Virus record (IMG/VR): IMGVR_UViG_2850037723_000002
Span: 22,211 to 86,210 of that record
Direction: 5' to 3' (one strand)
Length of the DNA stretch: 64,000 nt
Source of the DNA: a virus
Shown: positions 19,081-27,104 of the stretch, one piece after another
How positions within the stretch are numbered: the stretch's first letter is position 1
How the letters are laid out: every line of letters starts with the position of its first letter
Made by a program: the position numbers and the translations under genes
The notes under the pieces: generated by a model
What the model saw: only the letters and a program-made list of their open reading frames with translations
What the model was told of the DNA's origin: nothing
Databases searched by the model: none

Positions 19081-19095
19081 GTTCTCCTTTGGTTC
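19081..19095. promoter_or_regulatory. Alphaproteobacterial LexA (SOS) box
   Basis: GTTC-TCCTTTG-GTTC is an exact GTTC-N7-GTTC, overlapping the RBS of 19076(-). Confidence 0.75.
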
Positions 19096-19141
19096 TCATA
19101 ATTCAGATACACGCGTCGAAGTCGAGTCGATTCCCCTGAGA

Positions 19142-19197
19142 TGGAAAACAAATCCAATCACCAGATTGACGGCCAATGCAACTGGATTTATTTTCCA
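19142..19197. promoter_or_regulatory. Putative operators and early promoter of prophage 1
   Basis: TGGAAAACAAATCCA (19142) and TGGATTTATTTTCCA (19183) flank TTGAC (19166). Confidence 0.7.
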
Positions 19198-19238
19198 GAT
19201 TATTCCTTCATTCCTTCCCTCGAACCCGGAGACGAACG

Positions 19239-19421
19239 ATGCAACCGAACGGCGGTATCAACACCAGAAACACCATCAACCGAATGGCCGAGGCGATGCG
19301 CTCGATCGGCGACGGATGCACGGATGAAGACCTGATCCGTGAAGGCTTCAGTGATCGGCAGATCAAGCTCTTCGGCCGGAGAGCAACCGAGCTCGCCGCC
19401 GCCATGGCGAAAGCGGCGTAA
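19239..19421 (+). CDS. Hypothetical early protein
   Basis: MQPNGGINTRN..., GGAG RBS; first gene of the early operon. Confidence 0.6.
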   Translation: MQPNGGINTRNTINRMAEAMRSIGDGCTDEDLIREGFSDRQIKLFGRRATELAAAMAKAA

Positions 19422-19542
19422 CCGCCATGGCGACGAGGGCGCGCCGCCGTGGAACCCGTGCCCCTGTGGTTCACGCGCGGCGCGCTCGCCGGCGCCGCTT
19501 CACTCTTCCCCTTCACCTGATCCTGCTCTGGAGCCTCTGGCC

Positions 19543-19716
19543 ATGAATGAGCGTTTTACCGGATACAACAAGGCGCGGCTCGATGCCCGACCCGATCGCC
19601 TCTTTCTCGCCTGCGCCATCCTCGCGCTTTCGATCGCACTCATCATGTCCGCAGCGCTCGCCGGCACCACGGCCTTCCGCAAAGAGTGGCAGTTCGCTTC
19701 TGAGGCGCGCGTGTGA
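19543..19716 (+). CDS. Small membrane protein
   Basis: One hydrophobic helix; GGAG RBS. Confidence 0.5.
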   Translation: MNERFTGYNKARLDARPDRLFLACAILALSIALIMSAALAGTTAFRKEWQFASEARV

Positions 19717-19958
19717 TGCCTCAGCCCGTCCCCTTCCCCGTCGGCCACGATGCCGCCACGCGCCGCGAGCGCTCCAGCGCCGTGCCGATCGCCGCACTTC
19801 GCGGCCACGACCTGACCGTCGCGGAGCGCTCCGCGCTGCTCGACTGCTACGCCACTCCGGACCGCACCTTTCTCGAAGTCGCCATCACGCACGGCGTCGA
19901 TCGCGAGCGCCTGCAGGAGCTGTGGTTCGATCTCTTCCTCACCCCTTCCCGCCGCTGA
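19713..19958 (+). CDS. Hypothetical early protein
   Basis: ORF coupled to the upstream gene. Confidence 0.55.
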   Translation: MMPQPVPFPVGHDAATRRERSSAVPIAALRGHDLTVAERSALLDCYATPDRTFLEVAITHGVDRERLQELWFDLFLTPSRR

Positions 19959-19973
19959 CTCAAGGAAACCGAA

Positions 19974-20312
19974 ATGACGGTCAAACTTCACGTCCGCAAA
20001 TCCGTCCCGCCCGCCGGCCTCTCCACGTCGACGGCCCTTCTTAAAGAGCCGGCCGTGCGCGCCGGCTATCTCTCCGGCATGACGATCCCGCGTCTGGCGC
20101 AGGCCTTCGGCGTCGCCGAATATGTCATGCGCGACTATGTCGCCGAGCGCCGCTGGGGCTGGAGCGCCGCCGAGCATCGCGGCATTCATGAGGATGCCCG
20201 CCGCACCGTCGTCTTCACCCGCGCCTCGCGCGAGACCGGCGGCTATGACATCCGCCCGATTTCCGTCCCGCGCATCACCATGCACGTCAAGGCCCTGGAG
20301 GCGCGGGCGTGA
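19974..20312 (+). CDS. Hypothetical early protein (HTH-like)
   Basis: YLSGMTIPRLAQAFGVAE; AAGGA RBS. Confidence 0.6.
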   Translation: MTVKLHVRKSVPPAGLSTSTALLKEPAVRAGYLSGMTIPRLAQAFGVAEYVMRDYVAERRWGWSAAEHRGIHEDARRTVVFTRASRETGGYDIRPISVPRITMHVKALEARA

Positions 20313-20560
20313 ATGACGCCGTCAATTCCCACGCCCCCGCGCCCGAAACGAATGCGGAGCCGGTAGCGTGGCTGCGCCATGGCGAGAAGATCGAGGAATG
20401 CCGCGGCCTGGCAAAGCCCCTTTCCGACGATCGCGTCGCCACGAAGGTCCGCTCGATCGTCAATATCCGCTCGCGCGCCGACCTTAACGACGACTTCGCC
20501 GCAGCCGCCCGCTGGCAGGAGCTGCGCACCCATTTCGATGCCTGGAGGCGCCGAGGATGA
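20309..20560 (+). CDS. Hypothetical early protein
   Basis: Coupled ORF. Confidence 0.55.
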   Translation: MNDAVNSHAPAPETNAEPVAWLRHGEKIEECRGLAKPLSDDRVATKVRSIVNIRSRADLNDDFAAAARWQELRTHFDAWRRRG

Positions 20561-20925
20561 GCAGCCGCCGCGACCGCATCCGCGCAAAGATCATGGCGCG
20601 CGTCGAAATCAATCCGGTGACGGGCTGCTATGAATGGACCGGCCCCGACTCCGGCAAGAACGGCCGCGGCAAGGGCTATCCGCGCATGTCGCTCGACGGT
20701 CAGACTGTCGCCGTCCATATCGCCATGTGGACCAATGAGCACGGCTATATCCCCGGCAAGAAAGAGCTCGACCACTACTGCCGCAACCGCCGTTGCGTAC
20801 GGCCGGAAAAGGGGCACGTCGAGATGGTCACCCGCAAGGAAAACGCCAAGCGCCGAGAACAGGCGAAGCGCGGCGTGATCGGCCACAACGGCGGGCCGGC
20901 GCTGGAATGCGAGGAGGTGTTTTGA
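20557..20925 (+). CDS. HNH endonuclease
   Basis: CYEWTG...GYPR...LDHYCRNRRCVRP..H..MVTRKEN. Confidence 0.85.
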   Translation: MSSRRDRIRAKIMARVEINPVTGCYEWTGPDSGKNGRGKGYPRMSLDGQTVAVHIAMWTNEHGYIPGKKELDHYCRNRRCVRPEKGHVEMVTRKENAKRREQAKRGVIGHNGGPALECEEVF

Positions 20926-21086
20926 TGTCGATCGCACCGCACCCGCAGGACCTGCCCGAACTCGATCCGCAACTGGTCGCCTTCGTCAAGGCGCTTGCCC
21001 GCCACCAGGCGAGGCTTGACGCGCAGGGGCCAAAACCAGCAAATGAGAACAACCACGGGGAAGAACGACCGAAGAGAAAGCGATGA
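20925..21086 (+). CDS. 53-aa protein coupled to the LSR; candidate recombination directionality factor
   Basis: GAGGAGG RBS; ATGA overlap with the LSR; homologous to 61159-61308. Confidence 0.7.
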   Translation: MSIAPHPQDLPELDPQLVAFVKALARHQARLDAQGPKPANENNHGEERPKRKR

Positions 21087-22813
21087 AGCGCGCCGTTATC
21101 TACGCCAGGTACTCGACGGACCTGCAGAACGACCAATCCGTCGAAGACCAGATCAGACTTTGCAAGGCCCACGCCGAGAGGCTGGGCCTTAATGTTGTCG
21201 GCGAATTCTCCGATCGCGCCAAGTCCGGCGCATCCATGTTCGGACGCCCGGGTTTGGCAAAGCTGATGCAGAAGGCCGATAGCGATGCCTTCGACGTTCT
21301 CGTGGCCGAGCACCCCGACCGCATTTCCCGCGACATCGCAGATCTCGCCCATATCCACAAGACGCTCCGCTTCCGCCGCATCGAAATGAACTGCGTCAAC
21401 GGCGGCGCCATGGATACCGTCCAGATCGGCATGTACGGCGTCGTCGGCCAGATGCAGCGCGAGGAAGGCGCCAAGAAGGTCAAGCGCGGCATGGTCGGCG
21501 TGGTTCGCTCCGGCCGCAACGCCGGCGGCAAGGCCTATGGCTACCGACCGGTTCCGGGCCGCAAGGGCGAACTTGAGATCGTCGAGGAAGAGGCCGCAAT
21601 CGTGCGCCGGATCTTCAGCCTCTATGCCAGCGGCATCGCCCCGCGCGCGATCGCCGCCGCCTTGAATGATGAGAACGTGCCGGCGCCGAGAGGCAAGCGC
21701 TGGAATGCATCGACGCTCAACGGCAACGGCCAGCGCGGAAACGGGCTGCTCGTTAATTCGATGTACGCCGGCAAGCTGATCTGGAACCGGGTGCACATGG
21801 TGAAGGACCCGTCGACCGGGCGGAGAATCTCACGCATCAATCCGGAAACAGAGCACGAGGAGATCGAGGCACCGCACCTGCGAATCATCGATGACGCGGT
21901 TTTTGAAGCCGTCCAGCAGCGTAAGGCCTCGCGTGGCGGCTCGCATTCACGATCAACGCCGAAATACAAGCGCCTCCTCTCCGGCCTTCTGCGCTGCGGC
22001 GCCTGCGGTGGCGGTATGGCGATCAACGGCTCGGACCGCAGTGGACCACGCATCATCTGCAGCACGCATAAGGAATCGGGAAGCTGCACCAACGGCGCCC
22101 GGTACTACGTCGAAAAGATCGAGCAGCAGGTGATCGATACGCTGCGGGCGCAATTCGCCGACACGCGCATCATCGACATCTATGTGAAGGAATACGAGGC
22201 GGAGCGCCGGCGCGAAGCGGCCGAGAAGCGCCGCAACAGGGCGACGCTCGAGCGCCAGATCGAGGAGACGAAGACGGCAATCACCCGCATCGTCGAGCGC
22301 CTGGCCAAAGGCCTGATCGAGGATGACGACGCAGCCGCCATCCTGCCCGGACTACGCGCCGATCGCGACCGCTTCCAACGCGAGCTCGAAGAAGTCGAGC
22401 CTGTGAGCAACGTGATCGAGATCCAGCCCAGGGCGGTAAGGGCATTCAAGGAGAATATCGAGCGCCTGGCCGAGACCATCTCCAAGCGCGGCGAAACCCC
22501 TCCCGTGGAACTGGCGCAAGCCTTCCGCGAAATGATTGCCGGCGTGATCGTCGAACCGAGAAAAGCCGGCGAGCCTTATCGCATCGAAATCAAGGGATAT
22601 TTGTCCGGTTTGGTCAGTCCGGAATTGTCGTCTGTTCTAATGGTAGCGGAGGCCCGTTCTGGTCTCTATCACCGACTCGATAACCCCGAGTTGATCGACC
22701 TTGGAACATGGCAAATCGCCCTGGTCCGGGCGATAAACAATTTCATCAAAAAACCAAAGCAGTTGTCGGCGAACAACGACGCACTCGGCTTATCAAAGAG
22801 GACGGCCGATTGA
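21083..22813 (+). CDS. Large serine recombinase of prophage 1 (C-terminal 53 aa now supplied by prophage 2 DNA)
   Basis: IYARYST catalytic Ser, DRISR, AYGY recombinase domain, LLSGLLRCGACGG Zn ribbon, coiled coil; att core at codons 520-524. Confidence 0.95.
   Translation: MKRAVIYARYSTDLQNDQSVEDQIRLCKAHAERLGLNVVGEFSDRAKSGASMFGRPGLAKLMQKADSDAFDVLVAEHPDRISRDIADLAHIHKTLRFRRIEMNCVNGGAMDTVQIGMYGVVGQMQREEGAKKVKRGMVGVVRSGRNAGGKAYGYRPVPGRKGELEIVEEEAAIVRRIFSLYASGIAPRAIAAALNDENVPAPRGKRWNASTLNGNGQRGNGLLVNSMYAGKLIWNRVHMVKDPSTGRRISRINPETEHEEIEAPHLRIIDDAVFEAVQQRKASRGGSHSRSTPKYKRLLSGLLRCGACGGGMAINGSDRSGPRIICSTHKESGSCTNGARYYVEKIEQQVIDTLRAQFADTRIIDIYVKEYEAERRREAAEKRRNRATLERQIEETKTAITRIVERLAKGLIEDDDAAAILPGLRADRDRFQRELEEVEPVSNVIEIQPRAVRAFKENIERLAETISKRGETPPVELAQAFREMIAGVIVEPRKAGEPYRIEIKGYLSGLVSPELSSVLMVAEARSGLYHRLDNPELIDLGTWQIALVRAINNFIKKPKQLSANNDALGLSKRTAD
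22641..22676. repeat. att junction between the prophages: 12-bp core plus prophage 2 arm
   Basis: TGGTAGCGGAGG (22641-22652) is identical to 62863-62874; TATCACCGAC (22667-22676) is the inverted repeat of GTCGGTGATA (62849-62858). Confidence 0.9.
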
Positions 22814-22867
22814 CTCTTCTGTGCGGCGCTTGCAGCTTTGCGCCTTCACAGAAGGGTAGAGGTCGGT

Positions 22868-24154
22868 ATGGAAGAATTGAAGCGTACGCTTACCCGTGAA
22901 GAGCTTCACGACCTTGTCTGGTCTACACCAATCTTGAAACTTGCTGAGGAGTTTGGCCTTTCGGATCGCGGCTTCGCTAAAATCTGCGCCAAACACCTCG
23001 TCCCCACACCTCCGCGAGGCTACTGGGCAAAAGTGGAGGCTGGCCAACCAGCCAAGAAAACCCCGCTCCGGAGCGTTGAGAACAAAGCTCTTCATACGGT
23101 GCATATCGGATCATCGAAAGCTCACCTCAGCGATAGCGTTGTGGCAGCATTGGCGGCGGCAAAAGCGGAAAGGAAACGTCGAGCCGAGGAGCGCAAGCGG
23201 CAACTCCCGACGGCGGAGGCGAGTGCTCCAGCTCGCGAGCCGCTTATGATCAACCAACCGATCCAGGTCCCCCACAAGTCCGTCACCTCGATCGTGAAGC
23301 AATTGCGCAAGGCGAAGCCAGACGGAGAGGGCGTGGTTTCAGCCAAAGGCGTGTTCGTTCACGAAAGAACTCGGGAGCGCGCTATCGGTATCCTTCACTA
23401 CCTCGCGGGCGCCGTCGAAGCCGACGGCTCAAAGTTGATGGCGAATGAACACGGCCTACACCTCTCCACGTCGGAGGGGTCGGTGCGAATTACTTTGGCT
23501 GAGGAAAGAAAACGCCCAAAGCACATCCCGAGCGAAAGTGAACTGGCGGAATATCAGCGGCGAAAGGCTAAACGGGACAAAGATCATGCTCGAGGACTGT
23601 GGTCATTCGAGAGACTGGAGCCGTGGCCGGAGTTCGACATCATTTACACGGGCAAACTGACCATCGGCTATGATGGTTATGCAAACGGGCTGAGGAAATC
23701 GTGGTCAGACGGAAGATCACAGACAGTTGAAAGCTGCCTGGAAGCCTTTGTGGCAGGCATGCGCACCATCATCGTCGCGGAGGCAGAAGAAAGGCGTGTA
23801 GCGCAGGAGAAAGAACGGGCTAGACAAGCGATGCGGCGACGTCGCGAGCTGGCTCACTTGCGCGCTCAGCGCGAGGACAACAGATCGGTGTACCTAGAGG
23901 AAATTGCGGCGGCACGCCGCAAAGCTGTCGACCTCAAAACAACAATTGACGCCATCCCTCGCTCCGAGAAATTTCCGGCAGAGTACGGGAGGATGATCGC
24001 GTGGGCTAGGGAGCGCCTGGCCGAACTGGAAGCCAAAACAACAGTTGAGGCTATTCAGGCTGCATTGGAGGCAGAGAACCTTTTCCCGGAGCCTGACAAT
24101 CTGTTTGATCCGGAGGGGGACCCTCCTGCGAAAAAGAATTTTTGGGACGACTAA
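22868..24154 (+). CDS. Hypothetical protein with N-terminal HTH-like domain of a type often found beside integrases
   Basis: TREELHDLVWSTPILKLAEEFGLSDRGFAKICAKHLVPTPPRGYWAK; AGAGG RBS. Confidence 0.75.
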   Translation: MEELKRTLTREELHDLVWSTPILKLAEEFGLSDRGFAKICAKHLVPTPPRGYWAKVEAGQPAKKTPLRSVENKALHTVHIGSSKAHLSDSVVAALAAAKAERKRRAEERKRQLPTAEASAPAREPLMINQPIQVPHKSVTSIVKQLRKAKPDGEGVVSAKGVFVHERTRERAIGILHYLAGAVEADGSKLMANEHGLHLSTSEGSVRITLAEERKRPKHIPSESELAEYQRRKAKRDKDHARGLWSFERLEPWPEFDIIYTGKLTIGYDGYANGLRKSWSDGRSQTVESCLEAFVAGMRTIIVAEAEERRVAQEKERARQAMRRRRELAHLRAQREDNRSVYLEEIAAARRKAVDLKTTIDAIPRSEKFPAEYGRMIAWARERLAELEAKTTVEAIQAALEAENLFPEPDNLFDPEGDPPAKKNFWDD

Positions 24155-24175
24155 CTTACGGGAGGCATTTCCGGG

Positions 24176-24583
24176 ATGGACGTTGAGATCCGTACCTATG
24201 AGCTTCGGCAAGACGGAAGGCTGGAGCCGCTCTCAATTCTGCCGATCAGTTACTATGGTGGCGTCTGCCCGAACGTCGGCGACACGTTGTGCTGTGACCA
24301 CTTTGCGGAAGGCTCCCGCTTCTACTCTGTCCAACGCCGACACTTTATCGCCGTTGGAGCCACACATGGGTGGGCGATCATCACGCGGCGGATCGAGGCC
24401 GCCCAGCAGCACCTGACGGTTTACGATGCATGGAACGCCGATACAGCATTTTGGAATGAGGTCGATGAACGGGAAAGGGAGGAGGAGCTACAGGCAATGC
24501 AAAAAAGCGTGAAGTCACCGAAAACCGCTCCGCCCAAGAACGCCAAGAGATCGAGCAAGCCAAAGAGACCGCTGCGGAAATGA
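24176..24583 (+). CDS. Hypothetical protein
   Basis: GGAGG RBS; 135 aa; coupled to the next gene. Confidence 0.65.
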   Translation: MDVEIRTYELRQDGRLEPLSILPISYYGGVCPNVGDTLCCDHFAEGSRFYSVQRRHFIAVGATHGWAIITRRIEAAQQHLTVYDAWNADTAFWNEVDEREREEELQAMQKSVKSPKTAPPKNAKRSSKPKRPLRK

Positions 24584-25104
24584 CAGCCAAAGCCCTTATC
24601 AAACAGTCCGACCTGAAACGTTTGGCGGCCGTGGCCAAAGAGTACGGCGTGCGGATTGAAGTGGAGATAGAGGGGATGATCCTCAGAATCGCGCCCAATC
24701 GGGATGACCCGCAGATTGTCAAAGAGCAAACCCATTTCGCAGGCGCCAATACGTTTGAGGGATGGAAGAACCGCAATAACACAGAGTTGACCTCTTCCAA
24801 GCGTAATCCATTGGACATACCTTTCCACGAAAGACCGCCGGGCCCCATTCAGCCGCGATTCGATCATCGCGAGGAGCGCGCGATGGAGCACCTCGCCGCC
24901 GTGGGCGCCGATATACCTATCGATTGGTACACGCTTAAAAACTTCGGGCGCCATACGCAGCAGAAGCTGGCGGGCCGCGGGTATATTGAAGTAAGCGCCG
25001 AGACAGATCGGCAGGGCAACCCGACTGAATTATGGCTGACGAAAGCAGGCCAAAAGGCTATGCGCGACTTGGACATGCACCGATCGAAATATCCGGTGCT
25101 TTGA
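24580..25104 (+). CDS. Hypothetical DNA-binding protein (Xis-like N-terminus, wHTH-like C-terminus)
   Basis: MTAKALIKQSDLKRLAAVAKEYGVRIEVE resembles small integrase-adjacent proteins; LAGRGYIE...LWLTKAG. Confidence 0.55.
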   Translation: MTAKALIKQSDLKRLAAVAKEYGVRIEVEIEGMILRIAPNRDDPQIVKEQTHFAGANTFEGWKNRNNTELTSSKRNPLDIPFHERPPGPIQPRFDHREERAMEHLAAVGADIPIDWYTLKNFGRHTQQKLAGRGYIEVSAETDRQGNPTELWLTKAGQKAMRDLDMHRSKYPVL

Positions 25105-25679
25105 TGGATACATCGGATAGGAAGTGCCGCGCAGCCGTCGTGCCGCCGGGTAGTTGGCCGCCGCGGATGATGGCGGAAATGGCCGCGGGCTACTGCGGCG
25201 AAAAGTACGTCGAAGATTTTCTTGGTCGCGTCGGAACCACCTATCCACAGCCGCGGATTGTCGAGAGTGCAAAGCGTAAGTTCTGGTACCGCGATGATCT
25301 CGATCGAGCGATCGAAGCTGAAGCAATCTCAAGGCCGTTGGGCCAAGGCTCTCCGTGCACAGTACCCATGTCTTTAGAGACATCGCGGATAAGGAAGATG
25401 CCTGTGATCAGTTCACAGGGGCGGCGAGAAACCGATGAAACGCCTCTGACCGCGGCAAGAGGATCTATTCTTGAGGGTGTCGACGTTGATAGATTCCTGA
25501 GACTGAAGGAAGTCATGGCGCGCACCTCCCTCGGGAGCTCGACGATCTACCGTCGCATGAAGGACGGCACGTTCCCGAAGCCGAAACAACTTAGCGAGGC
25601 TTGCGTCCGATGGCGAGAGTCGGAGATAGATCGATGGATGGACTCGCTCCCCACGAGCGGTGAGAAGACGGGCACATGA
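25104..25679 (+). CDS. Excisionase-like domain fused to an AlpA-family regulator
   Basis: WPPRM..EMAAGYCGE...YPQP...WYRDDLDRAI plus RFLRLKEVMARTSLGSSTIYRRMKDGTFPKPKQL...VRWRESEIDRW. Confidence 0.75.
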   Translation: MDTSDRKCRAAVVPPGSWPPRMMAEMAAGYCGEKYVEDFLGRVGTTYPQPRIVESAKRKFWYRDDLDRAIEAEAISRPLGQGSPCTVPMSLETSRIRKMPVISSQGRRETDETPLTAARGSILEGVDVDRFLRLKEVMARTSLGSSTIYRRMKDGTFPKPKQLSEACVRWRESEIDRWMDSLPTSGEKTGT

Positions 25680-25867
25680 GCCTCACCACCCAGTTCATTG
25701 CCGAACTGGTCAGAGCTGCGAATGAGGCCGGGGAAACCCGAGCCCCAGTGGCCGGATGGCTTCAGATGGGTTCATCGACACGATTCATGAGCAGATTGGC
25801 ATGCCTGCCATATGGAGAAGGACGTTCCGCAAGGGGCGCCCACCCACAGATTGACATCGCTCTCTGA
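25676..25867 (+). pseudogene. Short or truncated hypothetical ORF
   Basis: ATGA-coupled start MSLTTQFIAELVRAANE, then protein-like character is lost. Confidence 0.35.
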
Positions 25868-25904
25868 AAAGGAACGTAGCTCCCAACGGCTAAGGGGAAT
25901 CACT

Positions 25905-26768
25905 ATGGATATGATTGGGGCAAACAACCTCGACGGCGCTGCTCGGACAAATGTTGCGCGTCGATATTTAGATGCGGCGGAGAGCTGGCTCCGAAAGTTG
26001 ATCCACCTTCAATTGCAAGCCGCACATGGCGCCAGATATTTGACAACCGTCGGCATTCTCAAGACTGCTGAAATCAACAAGCTCAAGGTGAAAATAGCGT
26101 CCGATCCAGCAAAGTACGTCCGCGAAGTCGACGCTACAACTTTCGATCAAGCGAAGAGAATTATTTGCCACGTTGATCGGTGGAACCAGCACTTCAAAGT
26201 GCCACTGCAGAGTGCCTATCCACTGGGTCTGGAGCACTGCGGGTTATACCTGAATCGCCTCATCGCGATCAGAAATGATCTTCAGCACGGCAGGTCGTGT
26301 AGCATTCGGCAACTTGAGCAGGCCATTTGTTACACGAACGACCTTTCAGACGCCATTAAGACTTTTTTTGGGGAGCAGAACATGGCTCGACAATATAACG
26401 TTCCAATGTTCGTCAGATACGTCGACAGCCTTGGCAACGAAAGTACACTTGAGGGTGTTCCTACAGACATATCAACGCGCAACATCGATTGGCGACGCCA
26501 AGGAAGAGGAGACTTATATCCGGGCGACACTCTCATCGCCGAGATCGAGGTGGATCAGACATTTGACCCCAGCGGATATGAAGTTTCTTGGCATCTTTTT
26601 GGGTACGACAAAAACGTTGGAGCCGAAGCGGTCGTGCGGATCGACAACGCACTTGTCGGTGAGAAGCTGGAACTCACTTTCGAGGTGATTTCAAATAGGG
26701 AGTGGCACCGCTCTTCGGGGATAGATGACCGCCTGACTCTATTATTTCGCGTGTTACCTCCGACCTGA
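25905..26768 (+). CDS. HEPN-domain protein (Swt1-like), putative RNase
   Basis: AESWLRKLI helix and R-x4-H motif RNDLQH; beta-rich C-terminal domain; AAGGGG RBS. Confidence 0.7.
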   Translation: MDMIGANNLDGAARTNVARRYLDAAESWLRKLIHLQLQAAHGARYLTTVGILKTAEINKLKVKIASDPAKYVREVDATTFDQAKRIICHVDRWNQHFKVPLQSAYPLGLEHCGLYLNRLIAIRNDLQHGRSCSIRQLEQAICYTNDLSDAIKTFFGEQNMARQYNVPMFVRYVDSLGNESTLEGVPTDISTRNIDWRRQGRGDLYPGDTLIAEIEVDQTFDPSGYEVSWHLFGYDKNVGAEAVVRIDNALVGEKLELTFEVISNREWHRSSGIDDRLTLLFRVLPPT

Positions 26769-27104
26769 CGGGGATGGTGATAGACCTTTGCATCGTCTCC
26801 CGCCGCGGACTCAGTCTGTTCCACCGAAGACATTCGGAACGAATCGCCACGCAGAAGATTGAATCGCCCAGTGCATGACGTGGAGGCATGTCTTGAAGAG
26901 GCGCGCCGAGAGTCGGAGCCGGACGCCAGGCAACTCCAAGACGCAGACGAGATTGCCTTGGATGCCTCTCAACGTACGCGAAGTAGTTGTAAGGCTTTGC
27001 CCGTCTTGACTCTGAGCTGTCGCTTACTAGGCTAGGGTCTTCGCGCAGACAACAATAAAAACAACTCACACTGGCCACAGATTGTGCGCTGGGAGGGCGG
27101 AGCA

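Larger units (their letters stand above)
1..22652. mobile_element. Prophage 1, lambda-like siphophage (left part continues beyond the window)
   Basis: Ordered tail-head-terminase-cos-late control-replication-immunity-early-LSR modules; ends at the 12-bp tRNA-Met-derived att core at 22641-22652. Confidence 0.93.
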
